This document shows positions 1 through 9,093 of a stretch of 64,000 nucleotides of DNA, piece after piece. Below the pieces are notes generated by a model that saw only the letters and a list, made by a program, of their open reading frames with translations, ran no database searches and was not told the DNA's origin. The stretch comes from an uncultured Gammaproteobacteria bacterium. GTDB lineage: Bacteria > Patescibacteriota > Microgenomatia > UBA12405 > JAHJSD01. The translations under genes were made by a program, and so were the position numbers. Each line of letters starts with the position of its first letter. Within the stretch, counting starts at the first letter, position 1. The stretch lies in the NCBI GenBank assembly GCA_964428655.1, contig CAYRYE010000001.1, positions 462,158-526,157 of the forward strand, read 5' to 3'.

Positions 1-1
1 C

Positions 2-271
2 GGCAGCCGGACCAAATTTTTTGAAGCAATGGCTTGCGGTTTGCCAATTGTAACCACTCTGGAAGGAATTGAGGGAATTGAAGCGAAAAATACTCAAGAG
101 GTAATGATTGGCAACAATTTCAATGACTTGGCTAGAATCACTGTTAAATTGCTGAGAAACAAAGAATTACGTGACAAAATAGGAAAAAATGGTCGTGAAT
201 TGGTCAAAGAAAAATACTCCTGGCGCGAGAGTGCTAATGAACTGTTGAAGATATACAAACAAATTTCTTAA
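2..271 (+). CDS. GT4 glycosyltransferase, C-terminal part (5' end outside window)
   Basis: Frame open from position 2; GSRTKFFEAMACGLPIVTT matches the GT4 nucleotide-sugar binding motif. Confidence 0.85.
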   Translation, partial: GSRTKFFEAMACGLPIVTTLEGIEGIEAKNTQEVMIGNNFNDLARITVKLLRNKELRDKIGKNGRELVKEKYSWRESANELLKIYKQIS

Positions 272-272
272 T

Positions 273-1205
273 ATGACTAAAGAAAATCCCCAAGTAAGCA
301 TTATTATTCTAAATTACAACACCGGCAAATTTTTAAAGCAATGTTTACAATCAATTTGGAAAAGTATTGAAAAGAACAAAAAAGAGTTGAAAGGGGTTAG
401 GATCATTGTGGTTGATAATGGGTCAACCGACGGCTCGGTAAAATATATTAAACCATTAATTAAAAATAAAAAAAATCTCGGTTTTTCAGCCGGCAATAAT
501 GTTGGGGTGAGGGAGGCGCTGAAAAAAAATCCTGATTATATTCTCTTTCTTAATCCAGACACAGTTGTTTCTTCAACGGCGATAAAAACTGTTTTGAGCT
601 TCATGCAGAAAAAACCAGAGGTGGGAATAGCCACTTGCCGGCTAGAATTGATTAACGGGCAATTGGACGAAGCCAGCCACCGTGGTTTTCCCACTCCATG
701 GCGGTCATTTTGTCATTTTTTTGGATTAAGTAAAATTTTTCCCCAAAGCAGGATTTTTGCCGGTTACACTCTAGGTCATCTATTGGGTAGTAGGAAGCCC
801 CATGAAATTGACGCCTGCACCGGCGCCTTTATGATGGTCCGTACTCGAGTCGGCAAGGAAGTCAACTGGTGGGATGAAGATTATTTTTGGTATGGAGAGG
901 ATATTGATTTCTGCTACAGAGTTAAGCGTTTGGGTTGGAAGATTTTTTTCCTGCCCCAAGTAAAAATTACTCACTATCGCGGTGTTAGCTCTGGCATTAA
1001 AAAACACAGTCAAGGATTATCAAAAGCAAAGTTAAAGACTCGACTCAAGGCCGCCAAGGCCTCTACTGAGGCAATGAGAATTTTCTATAAAAAACATTAT
1101 CTAAATAAATATCCCAAGATTATTTCTTTTTTAGTTTTAATCACTATAGAAATTCTCCAAAGAATTAGAGCTTTTAAAATTAAACTGTCAAATTGCAAAT
1201 TTTAA
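273..1205 (+). CDS. GT2 glycosyltransferase (WbbL/rhamnosyltransferase-like)
   Basis: SIIILNYN, VVDNGSTDGS, FLNPD, GAFMMVR, YGEDIDFC motifs. Confidence 0.9.
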   Translation: MTKENPQVSIIILNYNTGKFLKQCLQSIWKSIEKNKKELKGVRIIVVDNGSTDGSVKYIKPLIKNKKNLGFSAGNNVGVREALKKNPDYILFLNPDTVVSSTAIKTVLSFMQKKPEVGIATCRLELINGQLDEASHRGFPTPWRSFCHFFGLSKIFPQSRIFAGYTLGHLLGSRKPHEIDACTGAFMMVRTRVGKEVNWWDEDYFWYGEDIDFCYRVKRLGWKIFFLPQVKITHYRGVSSGIKKHSQGLSKAKLKTRLKAAKASTEAMRIFYKKHYLNKYPKIISFLVLITIEILQRIRAFKIKLSNCKF

Positions 1206-2342
1206 ATGGTTAAATTACAAAAAATAGTGATTGATGCCAGAATGTATGGCCTTGAACACGCTGGGATTGGACGCTATGTCATGAGTCTTATTTCAAATCT
1301 CGAACTCCCGTCTGCCTTCAAGCTTATTTTGCTAGTAAAAAAAGAAAAAATGAGTGAGATAAAAAGAGAGCTGGGTAATAAATTTGAATATATTCCTGTA
1401 AAATCACGCCATTATTCTTTTGTCGAACAGCTGGAAATTCCATTAATCCTTAATAAAATCAAGCCTGACTTGGTTCACTTCCCTCATTTTAATTCCAGTC
1501 TTTTTTGGCAAGGCGATTTCGTAGTTACCATTCATGATTTGATTAAGCATTATTTTACCGGCAAAGAAACTACCACCAGATCAACACCAACTTACTGGTT
1601 AAAGCATCTAGCTTATCGATTTCAAATAAATTATTCTGTCAAAAAATCTAAATTGATTATTGTTCCCAGTCAATATTGGAAAAAAGAGTTGGTAAAAAAG
1701 TTTAAAGTTCCTCAAAAAAAAATAATTGTTACTCACGAGGCAGTTGACCCGGATTTTTTAAAATTGGTTGGGAAAAAAAGAAAGAGTGTTCTAAAAAAAT
1801 TCTCTCTCAAAACCCCCTTTTTTATTTACACAGGTAATGTCTATCCCCATAAAAATATAGAAAGATTGTTAAGGGCGATCAGAAAGATTAATAATGTTAA
1901 TTTAGTTATTGTTTGCAGCAGAGGCGTATTTACTAAAAGATTGAGTTTTTTGGTGAATAAACTAAGATTAAAAAAAAGAGTCGACTTTTTAGGATTTGTC
2001 AATGATCGAGATCTAATTTCTCTTTATCAAAAGGCTGAAGCATTGGTTCAACCTTCACTAATGGAAGGTTTTGGTTTAACCGGATTAGAGGCGATGGCCG
2101 CTGGCTGTTCGGTGGTTTCCTCAAATGCTTCCTGTTTGCCAGAAATCTATGGAGAAGCGGCTTTATATTTTGATCCTTTAAATATTACCGACATTGCTGA
2201 AAAGTTAGAATTAATATTAAAAAATAAAAAATTAAGAGAAGAACTAGCCAAGAAAGGAAAAAAACAAGTAGAAAAATATTCTTGGATGGAAACAGCAAGA
2301 ACAACTGTTGAGGGATATAAAAAAATCCTAACCAATAATTAA
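1206..2342 (+). CDS. GT4 glycosyltransferase (MtfB/WbdB-like)
   Basis: GIGRY, VVTIHDL, PHKN, PSLMEGFGLTGLEAMAAG motifs. Confidence 0.9.
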   Translation: MVKLQKIVIDARMYGLEHAGIGRYVMSLISNLELPSAFKLILLVKKEKMSEIKRELGNKFEYIPVKSRHYSFVEQLEIPLILNKIKPDLVHFPHFNSSLFWQGDFVVTIHDLIKHYFTGKETTTRSTPTYWLKHLAYRFQINYSVKKSKLIIVPSQYWKKELVKKFKVPQKKIIVTHEAVDPDFLKLVGKKRKSVLKKFSLKTPFFIYTGNVYPHKNIERLLRAIRKINNVNLVIVCSRGVFTKRLSFLVNKLRLKKRVDFLGFVNDRDLISLYQKAEALVQPSLMEGFGLTGLEAMAAGCSVVSSNASCLPEIYGEAALYFDPLNITDIAEKLELILKNKKLREELAKKGKKQVEKYSWMETARTTVEGYKKILTNN

Positions 2343-2344
2343 TA

Positions 2345-3427
2345 ATGAAAGTTGCTATTGCTTATGACTGGGTCAATCAAATTGGGGGAGCGGAAAGAGT
2401 CTTGCAAACTCTTCATCAAATCTGGCCTAAGGCGCCCTTGTTTACCAGTGTTTATGATTCTAAAAAGGCTGCTTGGGCTAAAGAGTTTCCTTTAGTGAAA
2501 ACTAGTTTTTTACAAAGTATTCCCGGAACTAAGAAATATTATCGTTTTTTTGCTCCTTTAATTCCAATCGGCTTTGAACAATTTAATTTTGATGATTTTG
2601 ATTTAGTTATTTCTGTTACTTCGGGTCCCGCTAAGGCAATTGTTACCAAACCACAAACTTGCCATATTTGCTATTGTTTAACACCACCAAGATATTTTTG
2701 GGAAAGGAGATTTTTAGACAAAAAATGGCTCTTTCCTCTTTTAGCGCCATTGCGGAAGCAAGACTATTTCTTCTCCAAAAGACCGGATTATTTTCTAGCC
2801 ACCTCTGAAAATGTCAGTAAAAAGATTGAAAAATTTTATGGTATTAAGTCAGAAGTAATCTACCCGGGAGCGGATTTGACTAAATTTAAACCCCGCAAAG
2901 ATAAAGTAAATAAAAAAGAAAGGCCATTTTTCTTAGTGGTTTCCCGACTGGTCGAATATAAAAAAACAGATCTGGTGATAAAAGCGTTCAACCAATTAGG
3001 TTGGCGCTTAAAAATTATTGGCTCAGGCAGACAGTTTAATTATTTAAAAGAAATTGCCAACGAAAACATTACTTTTCTTAACAAAATTGATGATAAACAA
3101 TTGATTGAGGAATATCAAAACTGCCAAGCCTTGATTGCCGCCCAAGAAGAAGATTTTGGTCTGACGTCAATTGAGGTTCAGGCTTGCGGCAAACCAGTGA
3201 TTGGCCTGGCCAAAGGGGGAATTAAAGAAACAGTTGTTCCTGGTCTTACCGGAGAGCTTTTTTATCCCCAAACAAAAAAAGCCCTAATCAAAGTTCTTAG
3301 AAAATTTGATTTGGACAAATATAAAGAGAAAGATTGCTTAAAAAACGCTCAAGGGTTTAGTTTAGAAAAATTTATGTTATCATTTAAAAACAAAATAGAG
3401 GCGAGGTATAAGGAGTATCGGGAATGA
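2345..3427 (+). CDS. GT4 glycosyltransferase (WbaZ-like)
   Basis: GGAERV, YCLTPPRY, SRLVEYKK, EEDFGL..IEVQACGKPVI. Confidence 0.88.
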   Translation: MKVAIAYDWVNQIGGAERVLQTLHQIWPKAPLFTSVYDSKKAAWAKEFPLVKTSFLQSIPGTKKYYRFFAPLIPIGFEQFNFDDFDLVISVTSGPAKAIVTKPQTCHICYCLTPPRYFWERRFLDKKWLFPLLAPLRKQDYFFSKRPDYFLATSENVSKKIEKFYGIKSEVIYPGADLTKFKPRKDKVNKKERPFFLVVSRLVEYKKTDLVIKAFNQLGWRLKIIGSGRQFNYLKEIANENITFLNKIDDKQLIEEYQNCQALIAAQEEDFGLTSIEVQACGKPVIGLAKGGIKETVVPGLTGELFYPQTKKALIKVLRKFDLDKYKEKDCLKNAQGFSLEKFMLSFKNKIEARYKEYRE

Positions 3428-4074
3428 AAGAAGAACTGTATTTTTTCACGAAAAGAATAATGGATGTTTCTTTAGCTGTTCTTTTAGGAATTATTTTTTC
3501 TCCAGTAATATTGATCATAATGCTTTTAATTAAATTAGAGTCAAGGGGCCCAATTTTGGCAAAAGTTGGCAAAAGAATAAGTCAGAATGGTGAGTTGTTT
3601 CGTCTTTATAAGTTTAGATCAATGATTGCTAATGCTCATCGACTTCTAAAAACTGATCCTAAATTTAGAAAAGCCTATGAGGAGCAGCAAGAAAAAGGTA
3701 ATTATAAAATTAAAAAAGATCCCCGAATAACCAAGATTGGTAAATTTATTCGCAAACATTCAATAGATGAAATTCCCCAATTGTTTAATGTAATTAAAGG
3801 AGATATGAGTATTATTGGTCCTAGAGCTTATTATCCAGAAGAACTAGAAAAACAGCAGCAAAAATACCCTCACACTAAAAAATTAATTAAAGAAGCCTTG
3901 ACTATCAAGCCGGGTATTACTGGTCTATGGCAGGTTTCGGGCAGAAGTGAGTTAAACTTTGACAAGCGTATTGCTCTTGATGCATACTATGCAGGGCAAA
4001 AATCGCTCTGGTTGGATATTTTGATTCTTTTAAAAACGCCGTGGGTGATGATTACCGGAAAGGGAGCAGCATGA
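3424..4074 (+). CDS. Priming sugar transferase (polyprenyl glycosylphosphotransferase family)
   Basis: KR.MD, YKFRSM, DPRITKIGKFIRKHSIDEIPQLFNV..GDMS.IGPR, KPGITGLWQVSGRS. Confidence 0.93.
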   Translation: MKEELYFFTKRIMDVSLAVLLGIIFSPVILIIMLLIKLESRGPILAKVGKRISQNGELFRLYKFRSMIANAHRLLKTDPKFRKAYEEQQEKGNYKIKKDPRITKIGKFIRKHSIDEIPQLFNVIKGDMSIIGPRAYYPEELEKQQQKYPHTKKLIKEALTIKPGITGLWQVSGRSELNFDKRIALDAYYAGQKSLWLDILILLKTPWVMITGKGAA

Positions 4075-6113
4075 ACCTAGAAATACCAAATCTCAAATCT
4101 CGTGTCGCCGGAACCGTGCTCCGCCAAAACGTGGCTGCGCAGCGGCGAGTAGCCTCTGACGACGCACAGCAAATCCCAAAGAACAATGACCTTAGTTCAA
4201 GTAAACTAGAGAGGTTAAAAAGAAAGTTTGTAAAGATTTCCAAGAACAGGCGCCTGGTAGGCTTTTTAATTTTTTTAGTTTTATTAATAATTGTTGGCTT
4301 AATAGGAATAGTAGTTCCCGGAACAGCCTTAGTCAATCAAGTAAAAAACTTAGAAACTAAGGCCCAAAAAATTAAGTCAACAATGGCCACCAAAGACCTA
4401 AAATTAATCAAAAGAGAAATGGAAGAAGTTGGCCAGGAAGTTGAGAAACTGGAAAAGGGCTACAAAAGATTATTTCTTCTAAAAATAATTCCTGGCTTGC
4501 GCGGTTATTATCTGGATGGGCAAGGGGTAATTAAGGCGGCAAAAGCAGGTGTTAAAACAGGAAAAATTATTATTGAAGCAGTAGAACCCTATCAAGACTT
4601 TTTAGGCCTGATAGGGGATGAGGAAGAAGGCGCTTTGGCTGGTGGGGAAAAAACAACCGAAGAAAGAATCAGCTTTTTGGTAGAAAGTATCGAAGGCCTA
4701 AGGCCAAGACTGAATGAGATAGAAAAGGAGTTAAAAATAATTGAGGAATCTGTTAGTAGAATAGATCCCCAAAAATACCCCGAGAGAATTAAAGGCAGGG
4801 AAATCAGGAATAAAGTTTCCCAAGGTAAAAGACTAATTGGCCAGATCAGACAGGCTGTTAGCGAAGGCCGGCCGCTGCTTGAGCGGGCTGATTGGCTTTT
4901 GGGTAAAGATGATCCTCGAAAATACCTCTTCTTATTCCAAAATGACGCTGAACTGAGACCCACTGGTGGTTTTTGGACCGCCTATGGAATCATTGAAGTT
5001 GACAACGGCAAGTTTTCCCCATCCGTGTCTGAAGACATTTATGCCCTGGACGCTCGCTTTATGAGTAATATTTTGGCGCCAAGGCCAATTGAGAAATATC
5101 ACAAGAATGTCCATTACTGGTATCTCAGAGACATGAATCTGTCACCTGATTTCAAAACGTCGGTGGAAGAATTTATTAAACACTACAAAGAGATCAAGGG
5201 CGCAAAAGAGTTTGAAGGAGTGATAGCGGTTGACACTCAAGTTCTGGTCGATATTCTGGAGGTTCTGGGGAGAATTGGTGTTCCAGGTTGGGGAAACTTC
5301 ACTCCCGAGCCCGACGATCGCTGCTGGGGTTGTCCTCAGGTTGTTTACCAGTTAGAGTTATTGGCTGATAAGCCGCTGTCAACCATAAAAGCAGATCGAA
5401 AAGGCTTCCTAGCGCCCTTAATGCATTCAATTATTGCCAACGCCTTGGGTTCTCCTAAGGAAAAAGTATCTGATTTAGCTAATGCTGTTTTGAAAAGTTT
5501 TAAAGAAAAAAATATTTTAGTTTACTTTCCGGATGAAGACTTGCAAAAAGCGGTTGAGGGGCTGAACGTTGCTGGCGCTGTCGAGTCGGCAGGAGAAGAT
5601 TACTTCCACCTTAATGATGCCAACTTTGCCGGGGCTAAGTCTAATTTATTCATCAGCCAGGAAGTTAAGCAGGAATACAAAGTTGAAAAAGACGGTCGAG
5701 TAATAAAAAAAGCTACTGTTGTTTATAAAAATACCGCCCCTCCTTCTAATTGTAATTTAGAGCGCGGTGATCTTTGTTTGAATGGTCTTTACAGAAACTG
5801 GTTTAGGTTTTATGTTCCCCAAGGGAGTAAATTAATAAAAATGACTGGTTCAGAAGTTGAGCCGGAAGTTTATGATGAATTGGGCAAAACTGTTCTTGAG
5901 GGTTTTTACGGGAATAAATATCCCCTTCATCCTCAAGGAAGCGCTCGGGTAACAGTTGAATATGAACTGCCTTTTAAACCAGCAAAAACAATAAAACTTC
6001 TAATTCAAAAACAGCCGGGAACAAAAAGTCCCAAATACGAAATCCTGGTTAATGGCAGCAAACAGCGAGAATTTAATCTGTCAGCTGATAGGAATTTGGA
6101 TTTGTCTCTTTAA
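4071..6113 (+). CDS. DUF4012-domain membrane-anchored protein
   Basis: N-terminal TM helix; LFQNDAELRPTGGF, RDMNLSPDF, ANFAGAKSN motifs; start placed at ATG 4071 overlapping the upstream TGA. Confidence 0.8.
   Translation: MNLEIPNLKSRVAGTVLRQNVAAQRRVASDDAQQIPKNNDLSSSKLERLKRKFVKISKNRRLVGFLIFLVLLIIVGLIGIVVPGTALVNQVKNLETKAQKIKSTMATKDLKLIKREMEEVGQEVEKLEKGYKRLFLLKIIPGLRGYYLDGQGVIKAAKAGVKTGKIIIEAVEPYQDFLGLIGDEEEGALAGGEKTTEERISFLVESIEGLRPRLNEIEKELKIIEESVSRIDPQKYPERIKGREIRNKVSQGKRLIGQIRQAVSEGRPLLERADWLLGKDDPRKYLFLFQNDAELRPTGGFWTAYGIIEVDNGKFSPSVSEDIYALDARFMSNILAPRPIEKYHKNVHYWYLRDMNLSPDFKTSVEEFIKHYKEIKGAKEFEGVIAVDTQVLVDILEVLGRIGVPGWGNFTPEPDDRCWGCPQVVYQLELLADKPLSTIKADRKGFLAPLMHSIIANALGSPKEKVSDLANAVLKSFKEKNILVYFPDEDLQKAVEGLNVAGAVESAGEDYFHLNDANFAGAKSNLFISQEVKQEYKVEKDGRVIKKATVVYKNTAPPSNCNLERGDLCLNGLYRNWFRFYVPQGSKLIKMTGSEVEPEVYDELGKTVLEGFYGNKYPLHPQGSARVTVEYELPFKPAKTIKLLIQKQPGTKSPKYEILVNGSKQREFNLSADRNLDLSL
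4102..4170. repeat. GC-rich hairpin element apparently inserted in frame in the DUF4012 gene
   Basis: GTGTCGCCGGA...TCTGACGACGC outer stem, internal GCTGCGCAGC palindrome; 69 nt interrupting an AAATNNC 7-mer array. Confidence 0.6.
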
Positions 6114-6124
6114 AACTGAAGTAT

Positions 6125-6685
6125 ATGAGCAAGAGCCGGCAGGTCAAAGGGGTAGTGGTTGGCAGAAAAGATTTTGGCGAATTAGATAAAATTATCACCT
6201 TATTCACTGAGCAAGAGGGAAAGATAAGAGTTATTGCCAAGGGTGTCAGGAGGATCAATAGTCGAAGATCAAGCGGCCTGGAACTGGGTGGAGAGATCAA
6301 GGCTTTGTTATTTCAGGGTAAAAATATTGACATTATAACTGAAGTTGAGATTCTTGATAGTTTTTTGGATGTTAGAGAAGACTCTGCCCGGCTGGGAGGG
6401 TTAATTTTTCTTTGCGAACTGATTAATTATCTTTTACCGGAAAATGAAAAGAACAAAGCTGTTCATGAGCAGTTTTTGCTAGTCAGAAATGAGATTAAAG
6501 AGGGAAATCTGGAGAAAATCGTTGAGTTTGAGGCAAAGATTATTCAGATGTTGGGCTTTGGGATGGTAAAACAAGAAAGAGAACTGATAGCAAAAAAAGA
6601 GTGGAGGGCCGCTCATGCTAGACTAAAAAATAGGATTGAAAACATTATTGAACGGCCGCTTAAAAGCTTGGCCATTTTTAATTAA
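6125..6685 (+). CDS. recO: DNA repair protein RecO (short form)
   Basis: DFGELDKIITLFTEQEGKIRVIAKGVRR N-terminal OB motif; recO-glyS synteny. Confidence 0.9.
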   Translation: MSKSRQVKGVVVGRKDFGELDKIITLFTEQEGKIRVIAKGVRRINSRRSSGLELGGEIKALLFQGKNIDIITEVEILDSFLDVREDSARLGGLIFLCELINYLLPENEKNKAVHEQFLLVRNEIKEGNLEKIVEFEAKIIQMLGFGMVKQERELIAKKEWRAAHARLKNRIENIIERPLKSLAIFN

Positions 6686-7995
6686 TGAGTAAGAGAGAAG
6701 AAAAACTTGCCAAAATAGTTTCTCTTTGCAAAAGAAGAGGCTTTGTTTTTGTTAATTCTGAGATATATGGAGGCATTAGAGGTTTTTATGATTTTGGTCC
6801 CCTGGGAGTTGAACTAGCTAATAATATCAGAAGGCTCTGGTGGTCTGAGATAGTTGAAAAAAGAGAGGATGTTGTTGGCCTAGATGGCTCTATTATCACT
6901 CATCCCAAGGTTTGGGAAGCATCAGGCCATGTTAAAGGCTTTAATGAGCCGCTAGTAGACTGCAAGTCATGCAAAAAAAGGTTCCCTGCCGATCAGGTAA
7001 AGAGAAGGTGTCCTAAGTGCGGCGGCAAACTAAGCAAACCAAGAGAATTCAATATTCTGGTAGAGGCGAGCATTGGTGTTTTAGAAGGAGCAAAAGATAA
7101 GGTTTATTTAAGGGGAGAAGCCTGTCAAACAATCTATCTTGACTATAAGAATGTTCTCCGGAGCATGAGGATGAAAATTCCTTTTGGTATTGCTCAAATT
7201 GGCAAAGCCTTCCGCAATGAAATTACCCCAAGGTATTTTCTTTTTAGGCAAAGAGAATTTGAGCAATGGGATCTTCAGTATTTTGTTAATCCTAAAGAAA
7301 CGGAAAAATGGTATCGGTACTGGAGGGAAGAGCGAATGAAATGGTACCAAAGTTTGGTTAATGATCCTAAAAAAGTGAGGCTTAGACAGCATAAGCAAAA
7401 TGAACTGGCTCATTATGCCAAAATTGCCTTTGATATTGAATACAAAACACCATTTGCCGGTTGGAAAGAGTGGGAGGGTATCCATTGGCGGGGAGACTGG
7501 GACTTGACTCGTCATGGAAAATATAGCGGGAACGATTTCACTTATACTAATCCAGAAACAGGAGAAAAATTTATTCCTTGGATCGTGGAAACTTCCGGAG
7601 GGGTGGATAGGACATTTCTCTTTTTGCTGTTGGACGCTTATCATGAAGAAGAAGTTAAAAAGGGAGAAATAAGAGTAGTATTGCGCCTTAATCCCAAAAT
7701 AGCCCCTTACAAAATAGCTGTTTTCCCACTTTTAGCTAATAAAAAAGAATTGGTCGATAAGGCTGGTAATTTATTTAATGATTTGAAATTGAAATTTAGT
7801 ACTATTTGGGATGGTATTGGCAATATTGGTAAACGCTATCGAAGACAAGACGAAATTGGCACACCTTGGTGTCTGACGGTTGATTTTCAAACGCTGAAAG
7901 ATAATACTGTAACAGTTAGAGATCGAGATACGATGAAACAAAAAAGATTAGCAATACCAGAATTAGAAGATTATTTTAAAGGAGAGCTAAAATGA
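6685..7995 (+). CDS. glyQS: Glycine--tRNA ligase, homodimeric (alpha2) type
   Basis: LCKRRGFV..SEIYGG, GIAQIGKAFRNEITP, IGKRYRRQDEIGTP. Confidence 0.96.
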   Translation: MSKREEKLAKIVSLCKRRGFVFVNSEIYGGIRGFYDFGPLGVELANNIRRLWWSEIVEKREDVVGLDGSIITHPKVWEASGHVKGFNEPLVDCKSCKKRFPADQVKRRCPKCGGKLSKPREFNILVEASIGVLEGAKDKVYLRGEACQTIYLDYKNVLRSMRMKIPFGIAQIGKAFRNEITPRYFLFRQREFEQWDLQYFVNPKETEKWYRYWREERMKWYQSLVNDPKKVRLRQHKQNELAHYAKIAFDIEYKTPFAGWKEWEGIHWRGDWDLTRHGKYSGNDFTYTNPETGEKFIPWIVETSGGVDRTFLFLLLDAYHEEEVKKGEIRVVLRLNPKIAPYKIAVFPLLANKKELVDKAGNLFNDLKLKFSTIWDGIGNIGKRYRRQDEIGTPWCLTVDFQTLKDNTVTVRDRDTMKQKRLAIPELEDYFKGELK

Positions 7996-8528
7996 CCAAA
8001 AACAAAAAAGTCTTATTATTCATCGGCGTTTTTTTAGTTTTTGCAGTTATTGTTTTAAGCTGGCTTTTTAGTTGGGGAATGGGAACAAAGAAAGATGAAA
8101 ACGGTCCGATTTTACCAAGTCCGACAATTAGCCAAATTAGTTTATCTGGTGAAAAAGAGCCTGAAATGGAACTAGATATTAATAGTGATCGGAGCGGGGC
8201 GACACTAACTGTTTGGGAAATCGATGACCAGTTTTCCGAACTGGAATACGAACTGATTTACATAGCAGAAAGCGATGGTCAGGAAATTGAAAGGGGTGTT
8301 GCTGGAGGCCCGCTTGATATTCCTGATAACAGGCGAATAGAGGAAGATGTTCTTTTTGGTACTGAAAGCTGCACTACTGGTGTTTGCAAACGCCACATTG
8401 ATAAAAATGTTAGCAGCGGAGTCTTAATTATTAGATTAATTACTTCAGACGATCAAGTTTGGAGCACTGAGAAAGAGTTTGAAATTGAAAAAACCACTTC
8501 CGGGTATCAAGCAATCTGGAAAGAATAA
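7992..8528 (+). CDS. Hypothetical single-TM protein
   Basis: N-terminal hydrophobic helix, acidic beta-rich domain with FGTESCTTGVC; overlaps glyQS stop (ATGA). Confidence 0.75.
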   Translation: MTKNKKVLLFIGVFLVFAVIVLSWLFSWGMGTKKDENGPILPSPTISQISLSGEKEPEMELDINSDRSGATLTVWEIDDQFSELEYELIYIAESDGQEIERGVAGGPLDIPDNRRIEEDVLFGTESCTTGVCKRHIDKNVSSGVLIIRLITSDDQVWSTEKEFEIEKTTSGYQAIWKE

Positions 8529-8591
8529 TATCGGACGCCAGTAATCACTTCAGTTACTTTCAGTAAAACAATACCAATCGAAAATTGCCTC

Positions 8592-8621
8592 TTGACAAGA
8601 GGTGATTTGTGGTGGCAGAAT
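8592..8621 (+). promoter_or_regulatory. Sigma70 promoter of the mraZ/dcw cluster
   Basis: TTGACA at 8592-8597 and TG-N-CAGAAT extended -10 at 8613-8621. Confidence 0.65.
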
Positions 8622-8655
8622 GGTGACAGATGGTGGTTAGTGGTGAAAAATGGTG
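8600..8655 (+). promoter_or_regulatory. Putative MraZ operator repeats
   Basis: (T/A)GGTG at 8600, 8610, 8621, 8631, 8641, 8651 (about 10-nt period) upstream of and into mraZ, like known MraZ boxes. Confidence 0.8.
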
Positions 8656-9093
8656 AAAACTCTTTTGGGCCAATACCAAGTAAAAGTGAGTCAAAAAGGA
8701 AGGGTGGCCTTTCCTAAAAAATTTAGAGAAATTTTAGGAGAAAAAGTCATTTTAACCAGGGGCTACGAAGGTTGTTTAATTGCTATTTCAGAAAAAGAGT
8801 GGGGAACTTTAGTAGAAGCTACCGAGAAAAAGCCCTTTGTCTTTGGCCCAACGAGAGACACGGCTCGATTTTTATTAGGCAACGCCGCTTTAATTGGACT
8901 TGATGTTCAGGGAAGGTTTATCATCCCCAATCATCTGAGAGACTATGGCGAAATTGAAAACAAAGCAGTATTTTTGGGACTCAATCGTTATGTTGAGATT
9001 TGGTCGGAAAAGAAATGGGGAAATTACCAAGACTACCTCAATAAAAACATTGACCACATCTCAGAAAGATTGAGTGAGCCCAATGAGAGATGA
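8650..9093 (+). CDS. mraZ: Transcriptional regulator MraZ
   Basis: Two SpoVT/AbrB-like repeats (KGRVAFP, DVQGRFIIP), VEIW; first gene of the dcw cluster. Confidence 0.95.
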   Translation: MVKTLLGQYQVKVSQKGRVAFPKKFREILGEKVILTRGYEGCLIAISEKEWGTLVEATEKKPFVFGPTRDTARFLLGNAALIGLDVQGRFIIPNHLRDYGEIENKAVFLGLNRYVEIWSEKKWGNYQDYLNKNIDHISERLSEPNER

